A stretch of 47,486 nucleotides of DNA, taken from Cellvibrionales bacterium UBA1969. GTDB taxonomy: Bacteria; Pseudomonadota; Gammaproteobacteria; Pseudomonadales; UBA7434. The position numbers were made by a program, and so were the translations under genes. The DNA lies in NCBI GenBank assembly GCA_002339085.1, contig DDDX01000057.1, positions 1-47,486 on the forward strand, in the 5' to 3' direction. Of the stretch, positions 39,175 through 47,486 are shown piece after piece. Position 1 is the stretch's first letter. Every line of letters starts with the position of its first letter. The notes under the pieces were generated by a model. The model was not told the origin of the DNA, did no database searches, and saw only the letters and a list, made by a program, of their open reading frames with translations.

Positions 39175-39191
39175 TGATACAGTTTGATACA
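39175..39191 (-). promoter_or_regulatory. Direct-repeat box 2
   Basis: + strand TGATACA-GTT-TGATACA between divergent EF-hand and response regulator genes. Confidence 0.7.
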
Positions 39192-39435
39192 AAAGTAACG
39201 CCGCGAGACCAACCGTCTAATAGCACTAGATTGAATCACTCTGACGCAAAGATAACTTGATAAATAAGCAGTCATACCCAATGCTTTATCAAAAAACCCC
39301 GACCAAGCTATATTTTTAATAAATCTTGAACTTTAGCACCTATTGGAAAGTAGCTAATGTTGACGGATGGCCAACAGTCCAGTTAAATGGCTTCTTGTAA
39401 TTAATTATATTCATGATCAATCATAGGACAGCAGA

Positions 39436-40161
39436 ATGAGTCATGTACTTTTGGTCGATGACGACCCAGACATCATCCAACCTTTAAAGCGCTTCTTGTG
39501 CGATCATGGACTTCGCGTTAGCACCGCTGATTGCGGAAGGAATATGCGAAAAACACTAGAAAACAGTGCGATAGATATTATTTTACTCGATGTGATGATG
39601 CCAGGGGAAGACGGGTTAATGCTTTGTCGCTACGTACAAGAAAAGTACAACATCCCTGTCATTTTATTGACCGCACTCTCTGATGACGACGATAAAGTTG
39701 TCGGTTTAGAAATGGGAGCTGACGACTATATCAGCAAGCCTTTTAACGCCCGCGTCTTACTGGCCCGCCTTAAGGCTGTTTTACGTCGCTGTGACAACGA
39801 ACCAACTGAGCCTGCAGAAGAAGCAGAAGTGGTATCAATGAGCTTTGGTAATTGGTCGCTCGATGTATATCAACGCGAAATCATCGACCAAGATAATGTC
39901 GCTGTTGCATTGAGCGCTGCGGAGTACCGACTCTTGCAAGTTTTCCTACAGCGACCACAAAGAACGCTTTCACGAGACCAACTCTTAGATTTAACACACG
40001 GACGAGAAGCTAAAGCCTATGACCGCAGTATTGACAACCTCATCAGCCGCCTGCGTCGTAAAGTTGAGGCGGACACCACCAACCCAAAAATCATTAAAAC
40101 CGTAAGAGGCGGAGGCTACACACTAGCCATACCAGTGACAAAAAAATTTAAAAATGCCTAA
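39436..40161 (+). CDS. OmpR-family response regulator
   Basis: LLVDDD, LDVMMPGEDG, GADDYISKPF, YDRSIDNLISRLRRK, TVRGGGY. Confidence 0.94.
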   Translation: MSHVLLVDDDPDIIQPLKRFLCDHGLRVSTADCGRNMRKTLENSAIDIILLDVMMPGEDGLMLCRYVQEKYNIPVILLTALSDDDDKVVGLEMGADDYISKPFNARVLLARLKAVLRRCDNEPTEPAEEAEVVSMSFGNWSLDVYQREIIDQDNVAVALSAAEYRLLQVFLQRPQRTLSRDQLLDLTHGREAKAYDRSIDNLISRLRRKVEADTTNPKIIKTVRGGGYTLAIPVTKKFKNA

Positions 40162-41536
40162 AAAACTTGCCGGCCAAATCATCTCGCTGATTTTATTTAT
40201 GCTACTCAGCATAAACATATTAATATTTTTCTTTTTCTTCATATTGACTGATTTTCATGAAGAACTAGAAAACCGCATCAATAACGGCACCTATATTGAC
40301 CAAATGGCAGACGCCATTAATATCATTGAAAATAGTCAGTTTCAAGACGACTTTTCACTTAGCTCATTTCGAGTAAAGTTTTATGTCATCAACACACCAC
40401 TCTTTAACAGTGAAGCACTCACGACTTTCAACCAAACTTTAAGTCAAAATCTTAAAGCCAAAATTGGTAACAAATATCCCAATGCTGCGATGCAACAGCT
40501 TTACACCCCGCAGTCTAGAATAAGTGCCGCATTAAAACATTTTATCGAATATGTTGGTCGCATCAATACCGATGAAACGAAGACCTATTCTCCTTCAGTT
40601 ATCTTGCAGTCACAAGTTCAACTTACTAATGGTCAATGGGTTGTTATGTTGATTTTAGACATTTATCCTTTCCCTGAATGGATAGCTGAAACTTTAAAGC
40701 CGCTATTACTTTTCTCAATTATTTTTATTCTATTTTCAATTATTATCGTCCTTGGTATCACGAGTCCACTTAATGAATTAGCTAAAAAGGCCAATAAATT
40801 AGGTATTGGCGAAAAAATTGACGAAATTAAGTTAAGAGGGCCAATGGATGTTCAAAATGTAATTGTCGCTTTTAACAATATGCTTAAGCGTATTACTAAT
40901 GTTAATGACCACAGAGCAAGAGCACTTGCTGCCATTTCTCATGATATTCGAACCCCCCTAACCTCCATGCGATTGCAGGCGGAATTTATTGAAGAGAAAG
41001 ATATTCAAGAGGATATTTTCAAAAAAATAGACGAAATGGAACAGATTTGTGAAGCAACAATAACCTTTGCACTACAGGATTCATGGGCAGAAAAAACTAG
41101 AGTTTTTGATATTGTCTCGCTCACTGATTCGCTCTGCTCTGACCTTGCTGAACAAGGTCTAAATGTCTATTTTGAATTAAGCAATAAAATTAAATTTTCC
41201 GGCAGACCCATTGCCTTAAAAAGAGCCATCACCAATTTAATCAAAAACGGTGTTGAATACGGTAATAGTGCTCATGTCTCAATCGTCAACAAAAAAGACG
41301 TCATCGAAATTCATATACTCGATAATGGCAGTGGTATACCTGCTGATAAAATGGAAGATTTGTTTGCGCCCTTTGAACGACTGGAAAGCTCAAGAAATAG
41401 GGACTCTGGGGGACTGGGATTAGGCATGGCCATCGCCCGTTCGGTTGTGCGCTCGCATGGCGGTGAAATTGAACTGGTCAATATTGAAGGTCGAGGTCTC
41501 GATGCGGTAATCGTACTGCCACTTACACCGGCTTAA
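40154..41536 (+). CDS. EnvZ-like sensor histidine kinase
   Basis: Two TMs around a periplasmic domain, HAMP, ISHDIRTPLT, NLIKNGVEYG, DNGSGIP, GGLGLG; overlaps the regulator stop. Confidence 0.93.
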   Translation: MPKKLAGQIISLILFMLLSINILIFFFFFILTDFHEELENRINNGTYIDQMADAINIIENSQFQDDFSLSSFRVKFYVINTPLFNSEALTTFNQTLSQNLKAKIGNKYPNAAMQQLYTPQSRISAALKHFIEYVGRINTDETKTYSPSVILQSQVQLTNGQWVVMLILDIYPFPEWIAETLKPLLLFSIIFILFSIIIVLGITSPLNELAKKANKLGIGEKIDEIKLRGPMDVQNVIVAFNNMLKRITNVNDHRARALAAISHDIRTPLTSMRLQAEFIEEKDIQEDIFKKIDEMEQICEATITFALQDSWAEKTRVFDIVSLTDSLCSDLAEQGLNVYFELSNKIKFSGRPIALKRAITNLIKNGVEYGNSAHVSIVNKKDVIEIHILDNGSGIPADKMEDLFAPFERLESSRNRDSGGLGLGMAIARSVVRSHGGEIELVNIEGRGLDAVIVLPLTPA

Positions 41537-41940
41537 TACACTAAATCCCAATTGGTATTATTATCATAGTCCCTTCGGTCTTGATCACCACCCACTGCAC
41601 CATCTGAACCGAGCGTATAAATGCGATAAGTCTCATTGCTCTGTGAATAATCATAGAGGTATTCATTGCCCCAGATGTCTAACGGTGTTTTACTTAAATA
41701 AACACTCGTCAGTTGTGATATATCATTGGGGTAAAAACCCAGATCTTTTTTATACTCTTCTAGAACCGTAATCACGCTTTGCATACTTAATCGAGATTTA
41801 ATAATATTTTCATGCCGGATTGACGCAGATTCATTGTAGGTAATTAAGATCAACGTCAGAATAGCTACGATAAAAAGGCTTACGGCCGCCGTTAATGAGA
41901 CTTTTGAAGCGATATTAACAACCGGCGATAAATTTGACAT
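41533..41940 (-). CDS. GspG (type II secretion pseudopilin G)-domain protein, orphan
   Basis: YKKDLGFYP, PLDIWGNEYLY, IYTLGSDGAVGG..D T2SSG-like motifs; GGAGGT RBS before ATG 41940. Confidence 0.75.
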   Translation of the reverse strand: MSNLSPVVNIASKVSLTAAVSLFIVAILTLILITYNESASIRHENIIKSRLSMQSVITVLEEYKKDLGFYPNDISQLTSVYLSKTPLDIWGNEYLYDYSQSNETYRIYTLGSDGAVGGDQDRRDYDNNTNWDLVY

Positions 41941-42400
41941 ATAAAACGAAACCTCCACATTACTTATTGATAAATCTAACAACATTCAACCATAAACGTG
42001 AGTCATCTACTCATGGTAAGCCAGCCAGTTTCCAAGTACTCAGCAGACAACTACAAATCAATATATCTTAATACAAAGCACTCAGCCAGACTATAAGTCA
42101 ACATCCTACGGATAATCCTATAACATTGCACAATTTCTTAAATCCTCCCCCCGCTTCAGCAACTATCTGGCTGATTAAAAAAAGACCATTAACAATACTT
42201 TAACCCAAATAATTGACGGTTGATTTGGAAGACGGTTTATCGATAATAAATTTTCTTAAAAATAGACGAAAAGGTGTTTGTTAATCTAGCAAAGAAGAGC
42301 TCTGATCAATTTATAGTGGGCGTCTAAGCCCTTGGAAAACCGCCGATTATATGGATTCTTAGCGATCACAAAACACCAAATCATTATGAATAAACAGTTT

Positions 42401-42417
42401 TGTATCAGTTTGTATCA
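42401..42417 (+). promoter_or_regulatory. Direct-repeat box 3
   Basis: TGTATCA-GTT-TGTATCA upstream of the TonB-dependent receptor. Confidence 0.7.
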
Positions 42418-42540
42418 AAATAATTAAATGATACCCACGGTTACCGGTTTAATCCTCATCAAAACCCCCGCCTGTGGTAACTTACCTAACAGTTTGTCTG
42501 GACTGTTTTTTTCAGCATAAATATGCACCTTAGGAGCAAA

Positions 42541-45500
42541 ATGTTTCAATTATCAACTAATAACATTAAAGAAAATAACGCCTCAAATTCTTCGTGGTTG
42601 ACCAGCCTATCGATATTATTAATCTTGACCAGCTTGACAGCACCATCAACACTCGCCCAAGAGAAAGCGACTTCTGATCGCAATCAAGAAGAACAAATTC
42701 AAGAAGTGGTGGTTGAGATTGGTATTTTGGGCAGCATTCTTCGCTCTTTGCGCAGTAAACGCAATGCCGATCAAATTAAGGATGTCATTAGTGCCGAAGA
42801 TATTGGTAAATTACCTGATCAAAATGTTGCCGAAGCACTGCAGAGAATAACTGGCGTTCAAATTGGTCGTGATTTTGGTGAAGGTAACGAAGTTGCAGTG
42901 CGTGGCTTTTCGCAAAATCGTGTTGAAATAAATGGACAAAGTACCATGGGAGCTGATTCAGAACTTCGCGGTATCAACTTTAACGATTTAGCGCCCGATG
43001 CATTTAAGAGCATCGAAGTCATAAAAACCCCTACCGCCAGCATGTCTGAAGGCTCATTAGGCGGCACAATTCGGTTAAATACTCGGCGTGCTTTTGACTC
43101 CCGAGGCATGGTTCGCAGTGGTCGAATTCAATTCGAGAAAGCTGAACTGGTTAGAAGAGATAATGAAGACCGTCCCATAAAAGATTTCTTTGACGTTTCG
43201 CCTATGCTGTCTGCTTTTTTTAGTAATCGCTGGGACACAGCTTTTGGCGAAATGGGGCTCACTACTAACTTCACTTACCACGACCAAAGGCGCGCTAAAG
43301 ATATGTATGAAGTTCGCTGGAAGGAATACGATGTCACAATACGTGATAAGTTGTACTCATTTGGACAAATAGATAGCATGGATAACCCTACCACGCCTGA
43401 AAATGAGGGTTGTGCGAATGGGCAAGGAGGCCTTCAGAATCCCGCGGCTTATAATAACTTCTGTCAAGACTTATTTAGAGCGGTACTCGATGAGAATGGC
43501 TCGCCAATATCAGGAATTGGCAATGGCGATAAGATTTTTGCGCCACAGCAAATTAAGTTTACCACTAACGATCGCCAACAAGAGCGAATAGGAATTACAT
43601 CAGGCCTTCAATGGCAGCCTTCAGACAGCCTGGAACTCTACCTTGACTTCAACTATAACGAATTTGATATTCAAACCGCTAGCAATACTGTCCAAGCCAC
43701 AATGAATATTCAACGCTCTGATTTTATCTATGAAGATGGCTCAAGAGAAAAGTTGTTGAATGACAATACTCAATACCGTGATGCAGTTATCGATCCCGCT
43801 ACCAATACCCTGACTGCCGCCAAGGTTTCAAAAGCTAATGCTGTGAGTAATGGCTGGGCGCAGGTATCAGAAAGAACGACCTGGGGGGCAACACTTGGCG
43901 GCGAATTTTTTACTGGTAACTGGACTGTCAAATCAGCATTGGGACATTCTGTGGGGAAAGAAGACTTTTTAAATGCTTTCTTTTCAACCAATATTGAAAG
44001 CACCTGCAGCTACAACCGAGTGCCAATATCTTATAATGTTGGAAACTCAGACGTACCTGAATTGAAATTTTATGATTGTGTAGATCTTGATGGCAATGAG
44101 GTACTTGATGGCTCTTGGACCAACGTGACCTCAGGCATAAACACACTCGCTGAATTAGACCTATTAGACAAAGCAAACTACAAAATAACTGAATATTCAG
44201 GACTAGGGCTTCAAAGCGGCAATAAAGAAAATGAAAACTTAGAATTTAAAACCGATATTAAATATCAATTTGATGGCGAACATCTAGCTTCAATAAAATT
44301 TGGCTTTCGCGCAACAAAACGAACTGCAGACCGATTAAAGTATGTACCCAATTCACGCTATAGGAATCCAAAAAGTGGAAAAATTAAATTAAAAATGAAC
44401 GGACCTAATCTTCTTGAGGATTTGGATATTCCGTTGGCTATAAGTAATGCTCATGGTTCATACTCATTAGCTGATGACGTATTAGATCTCTCAGACCCAA
44501 CTAAAAACTCATATGACCCTGACTCGCCTTTTTTCAATTTAACGGCCGAAACAATACAGGCACGTTGTAAAGATCAAGACGGTAATGGAGAATTAAATCT
44601 CAGCGAGCTCAATCATGGCACTTGCAGAGTCGGTAAAGATTTTTATCTTGCTAACTACCCCACTCTCAGCAATCGGATGGTCCCTTTCCCAACTGATTTT
44701 TTAAATGATTTTTCGGGAGGTCCTTACTCCTTTTTAGGCCCCTTCAATGACGACTTCTGGACCAACCCTGAACTCGCCACAAAATTGTGGGGCTTTGATA
44801 TTACCAATATTGGTGATCGCGCTGGCGGTGCCCATATGGTTGAGCAATTTGGTTACACTTATAATATCGAGGAACAAACACGCGCCTATTATGTGCAATT
44901 GAATTTTGATGGCTATCTGGGATATTTCCCCTACGCCGGAAACTTTGGGATTCGGCATATCGATACAGGAGTTGAAGCCGGCTCCTACCCAAGAACCGGT
45001 GGTAACGAAAGGCCATGGATTAAAGAAAGCAATGATTACAGTGACACACTTTTCAGTGGTAATATTGGCTTTGCTATAACTGATGATAAATTGCTACGGT
45101 TTTCAATTGCTGATGTTATGGCTCGTCCTTCAATGTACCAACTCAGTTCCGCGTTCAATTACAACACAGGTGATCTGACCGGGAGAGCGGGCAACCCTTA
45201 TGCCGAACCGTTCCGCGCTAGGCAATACGATATTTCTTTTGAATGGTACGCCAGCGGCACAGAATACCTAAGCTTTGCATTATTTAAAAAGGACATTGAA
45301 AGCTTTATAGTCTCTAAATCCCAACAGTTTGTTATTGAAAATGACTGGGGCGAAGACAATGTTTACGACATTGCCATGCCCGTCACCTTAGATGATGGCA
45401 CCGTTAAAGGCTTAGAAATAGGCTTCACAAAAACATTCGGTTTCTTAGGTTATAAGTACGAAGGCATGGGCATTACCGCCTCGTACACTTACGCCGATAG

Positions 45501-45867
45501 CGAGGTGAATAACCAGCACTCACTTAACCCTGATGACAAATTGCCGTTAGAAGACCTATCAAAAAATAGTTATAACCTTATCGGTTTCTATGAATATCAA
45601 AAATTCTCAGCACGGGTAGCCTACAACTGGCGCTCAAGTTACCTTGATAAGTCGGAGGGGCGAAACCTTCAACCCCAATATGAAAGAGATCGCGGGCAAC
45701 TTGACTTTTCTACCAGCTATAAACTCACCGACAAGATTAAACTTGCTTTGAATGCAATTAATGTTTTAGAAGATGCAAAAGATCAACATGGCCGTTATGA
45801 GATACAAGACTTTTCAAAAAGTACCGTCGGTCGCCGCTTTACTGTAAGCCTCAGCGGTAGACTTTAA
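42541..45867 (+). CDS. TonB-dependent receptor (Xanthomonas/Caulobacter carbohydrate-uptake type)
   Basis: Plug motif ISAEDIGKLPDQNVAEALQRITGVQI, IEVIKTPTA..EGSLGG; barrel motifs GNP...P, ARVAYNWRS, GRRFTVSLSGRL; AGGAG RBS before ATG 42541 (ORF track start 42523). Confidence 0.93.
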   Translation: MFQLSTNNIKENNASNSSWLTSLSILLILTSLTAPSTLAQEKATSDRNQEEQIQEVVVEIGILGSILRSLRSKRNADQIKDVISAEDIGKLPDQNVAEALQRITGVQIGRDFGEGNEVAVRGFSQNRVEINGQSTMGADSELRGINFNDLAPDAFKSIEVIKTPTASMSEGSLGGTIRLNTRRAFDSRGMVRSGRIQFEKAELVRRDNEDRPIKDFFDVSPMLSAFFSNRWDTAFGEMGLTTNFTYHDQRRAKDMYEVRWKEYDVTIRDKLYSFGQIDSMDNPTTPENEGCANGQGGLQNPAAYNNFCQDLFRAVLDENGSPISGIGNGDKIFAPQQIKFTTNDRQQERIGITSGLQWQPSDSLELYLDFNYNEFDIQTASNTVQATMNIQRSDFIYEDGSREKLLNDNTQYRDAVIDPATNTLTAAKVSKANAVSNGWAQVSERTTWGATLGGEFFTGNWTVKSALGHSVGKEDFLNAFFSTNIESTCSYNRVPISYNVGNSDVPELKFYDCVDLDGNEVLDGSWTNVTSGINTLAELDLLDKANYKITEYSGLGLQSGNKENENLEFKTDIKYQFDGEHLASIKFGFRATKRTADRLKYVPNSRYRNPKSGKIKLKMNGPNLLEDLDIPLAISNAHGSYSLADDVLDLSDPTKNSYDPDSPFFNLTAETIQARCKDQDGNGELNLSELNHGTCRVGKDFYLANYPTLSNRMVPFPTDFLNDFSGGPYSFLGPFNDDFWTNPELATKLWGFDITNIGDRAGGAHMVEQFGYTYNIEEQTRAYYVQLNFDGYLGYFPYAGNFGIRHIDTGVEAGSYPRTGGNERPWIKESNDYSDTLFSGNIGFAITDDKLLRFSIADVMARPSMYQLSSAFNYNTGDLTGRAGNPYAEPFRARQYDISFEWYASGTEYLSFALFKKDIESFIVSKSQQFVIENDWGEDNVYDIAMPVTLDDGTVKGLEIGFTKTFGFLGYKYEGMGITASYTYADSEVNNQHSLNPDDKLPLEDLSKNSYNLIGFYEYQKFSARVAYNWRSSYLDKSEGRNLQPQYERDRGQLDFSTSYKLTDKIKLALNAINVLEDAKDQHGRYEIQDFSKSTVGRRFTVSLSGRL

Positions 45868-45940
45868 AGTGACGCAGGTAGATTTCTTATTTTAAGAAAG
45901 AAAAATTTATAGAGATAGCTCTGGCTGTCAAGAGAATGAA

Positions 45941-47374
45941 ATGATATTGAAAAAAATATTGAGCTTTGCAGGAATTTTACTGGCATTGTCAGTTAGCAGC
46001 ACATCGGCGATGGCGTCAAATTCCGACAAGACTGAGACGAAAAAAACAGTCAAACCCAATATCGTTCTTATACTGGCTGATGACATGAGCTGGTTCGATG
46101 TGGGCGCCTATCATAAGCGTTTTGAGGATGTTCCGAAAAATGCTATCACTCCCAATATTGACAAAATTGCCAGTGAAGGTATGTTATTTACTCGCTCTTT
46201 CACTGCAACAGCGATGTGCGCGCCAACTCGCATGCAACTCTATACCGGTATTTATCCAGTGCGTAATGGTGCATATGGTAATCATACACGTGTATACGAC
46301 GATGTAAAAAGCGCAGCGCATTATTTTAGAGAACTCGGTTATCGAGTTGGACTCTCTGGCAAAGGCCATATATTTCCAAGAAAAGCCTTTCCTTTTGAGC
46401 GTACGGGAAGAGAAAATAAAGGTGCTGAAGAAGAATCCTCATTCGGCATCGAGCAAACCAGAAAATTTATGGCTAGAAATAAAAACCAGCCTTTCTTCTT
46501 AGTTATCGCCTCAGCCAACCCTCACGGCCCATGGAATCGAGGTGACTCAAGTCTTTATCCTCCCAATGAGCTAAAACTACCGATTTTCTTAAATGACACG
46601 CCCGGCCTTCGCTACCGTTTATCAAAATACTTAGCAGAAGTCTCTGATCTAGATCGCGAGGTGGGCCTAATCGATGCTGAGATAGATAAGCTTGACATCA
46701 AAAACGACACTATTTTTATCTTTACAAGCGAGCAAGGCAGCAGTTTACCCTTTGGCAAGTGGACTAACTATGATGCGGGTCTTCGTAATGCCTTCATCAT
46801 TCGCTGGCCAAATAAAATAGATGCCAACGTAAGCACCGACGCAATGATTGAATATGTTGACGTTGTACCGACACTTACCGATCTTGCCTCTAACACCATA
46901 CCTGAAAATTTAGACGGAAAAAGCTTTAAAGCAGTTTTACAGGGTAAAGCAAGCAAGCATAAGACCCATGTGTTCGGCATACAAACCAGTTTAAATGTGC
47001 ATGAAGGTGCTCCCTACCCCATTCGATCGGTACGGGGTAAAAAATTCAAGTTAATTCACAATCTTATTCCAGGTAATAACTTTTCGAATGTTGTGACTAA
47101 CAACAGTTGGTTTAAAGAAGAACTTGCTACAGAGAAAAAAGCTGCTAATGACAACTATGCCGGCTATGTAAAACGACCTGAATTTGAACTTTATAACATT
47201 ATCAAAGATCCCTTTGAACAAATTAATATCATTAATCAACCACAGTATGCGCGTCAAGTTAATGGACTAAAGAAGGCATTAGCTAGGTGGATGGAGCAAC
47301 AAGGTGATCTTGGTATAGAAACTGAATTTTCTGTATGTGATAGAAAAGGATTCAATCATCGTGGCTGCAACTAA
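45941..47374 (+). CDS. Exported formylglycine-dependent sulfatase (sulfamidase-like)
   Basis: Signal peptide, PNIVLILADD, CAPTR..LYTG, GKGH, NPHGPW, ELYNIIKDPFE. Confidence 0.92.
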   Translation: MILKKILSFAGILLALSVSSTSAMASNSDKTETKKTVKPNIVLILADDMSWFDVGAYHKRFEDVPKNAITPNIDKIASEGMLFTRSFTATAMCAPTRMQLYTGIYPVRNGAYGNHTRVYDDVKSAAHYFRELGYRVGLSGKGHIFPRKAFPFERTGRENKGAEEESSFGIEQTRKFMARNKNQPFFLVIASANPHGPWNRGDSSLYPPNELKLPIFLNDTPGLRYRLSKYLAEVSDLDREVGLIDAEIDKLDIKNDTIFIFTSEQGSSLPFGKWTNYDAGLRNAFIIRWPNKIDANVSTDAMIEYVDVVPTLTDLASNTIPENLDGKSFKAVLQGKASKHKTHVFGIQTSLNVHEGAPYPIRSVRGKKFKLIHNLIPGNNFSNVVTNNSWFKEELATEKKAANDNYAGYVKRPEFELYNIIKDPFEQINIINQPQYARQVNGLKKALARWMEQQGDLGIETEFSVCDRKGFNHRGCN

Positions 47375-47428
47375 AAGATTATTTACATTAATTAACTACT
47401 TAATTAAAACCAGATAACAGAGCTTGAA

Positions 47429-47486
47429 ATGAAATTACTTATATCTTTACTAGCACTCTCGCTTATCATAACGGCATGCAACATCC
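47429..47486 (+). CDS. Start of a probable lipoprotein (truncated by window end)
   Basis: MKLLISLLALSLIITACNI: hydrophobic signal with lipobox-like ITA-C. Confidence 0.65.
   Translation, partial: MKLLISLLALSLIITACNI

Noticed and set aside
39093-39281. 62-aa minus-strand ORF
   Set aside because: Lies in an AT-rich promoter region, overlaps the direct-repeat box and has no recognisable features.
42036-42095. Degenerate repeat AAGTACTCAGCAGAC / AAGCACTCAGCCAGAC
   Set aside because: Only two imperfect short copies; not a CRISPR array or IS end.
29400-47486. Genomic island or mobile element origin of the glycan locus
   Set aside because: No integrase, transposase, tRNA or att repeat visible; a compositional shift could not be computed.

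Overview
Bacterial chromosomal window, most likely from a marine gammaproteobacterium (Cellvibrionales-like; inferred from gene content only). The left ~29 kb is largely core metabolism: a FadB/FadA beta-oxidation pair (the FadB-like gene runs off the left edge and is missing from the ORF track), an OmpR-family two-component system, RDD-lptG-lptF, cinA, sbcB, an MsbA-like ABC exporter, an incomplete steroid/aromatic meta-cleavage cluster (HsaA-like oxygenase, HsaD/BphD-like hydrolase, DmpF/DmpG pair, LLM oxidoreductase), srkA and a cobO-btuCDF-like B12 salvage operon. The right ~18 kb (29.4-47.5 kb) is a polysaccharide-utilization locus: a surface-sorted beta-helix/CBM/TSP3 protein, three sulfatases, a GPH sugar symporter, a GH43 xylosidase, a secreted EF-hand protein, a second OmpR/EnvZ-type system, an orphan GspG-domain protein and a TonB-dependent receptor. 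Most notable non-coding signals: three copies of a TGTATCA-N3-TGTATCA direct repeat in the three divergent promoter regions of the locus (candidate regulon of the resident response regulator), a perfect LacI-type palindrome upstream of the beta-helix gene, and a candidate sRNA next to lptF. I saw no rRNA, tRNA, CRISPR array or mobile element. All family assignments are by eye from motifs, with no database search.
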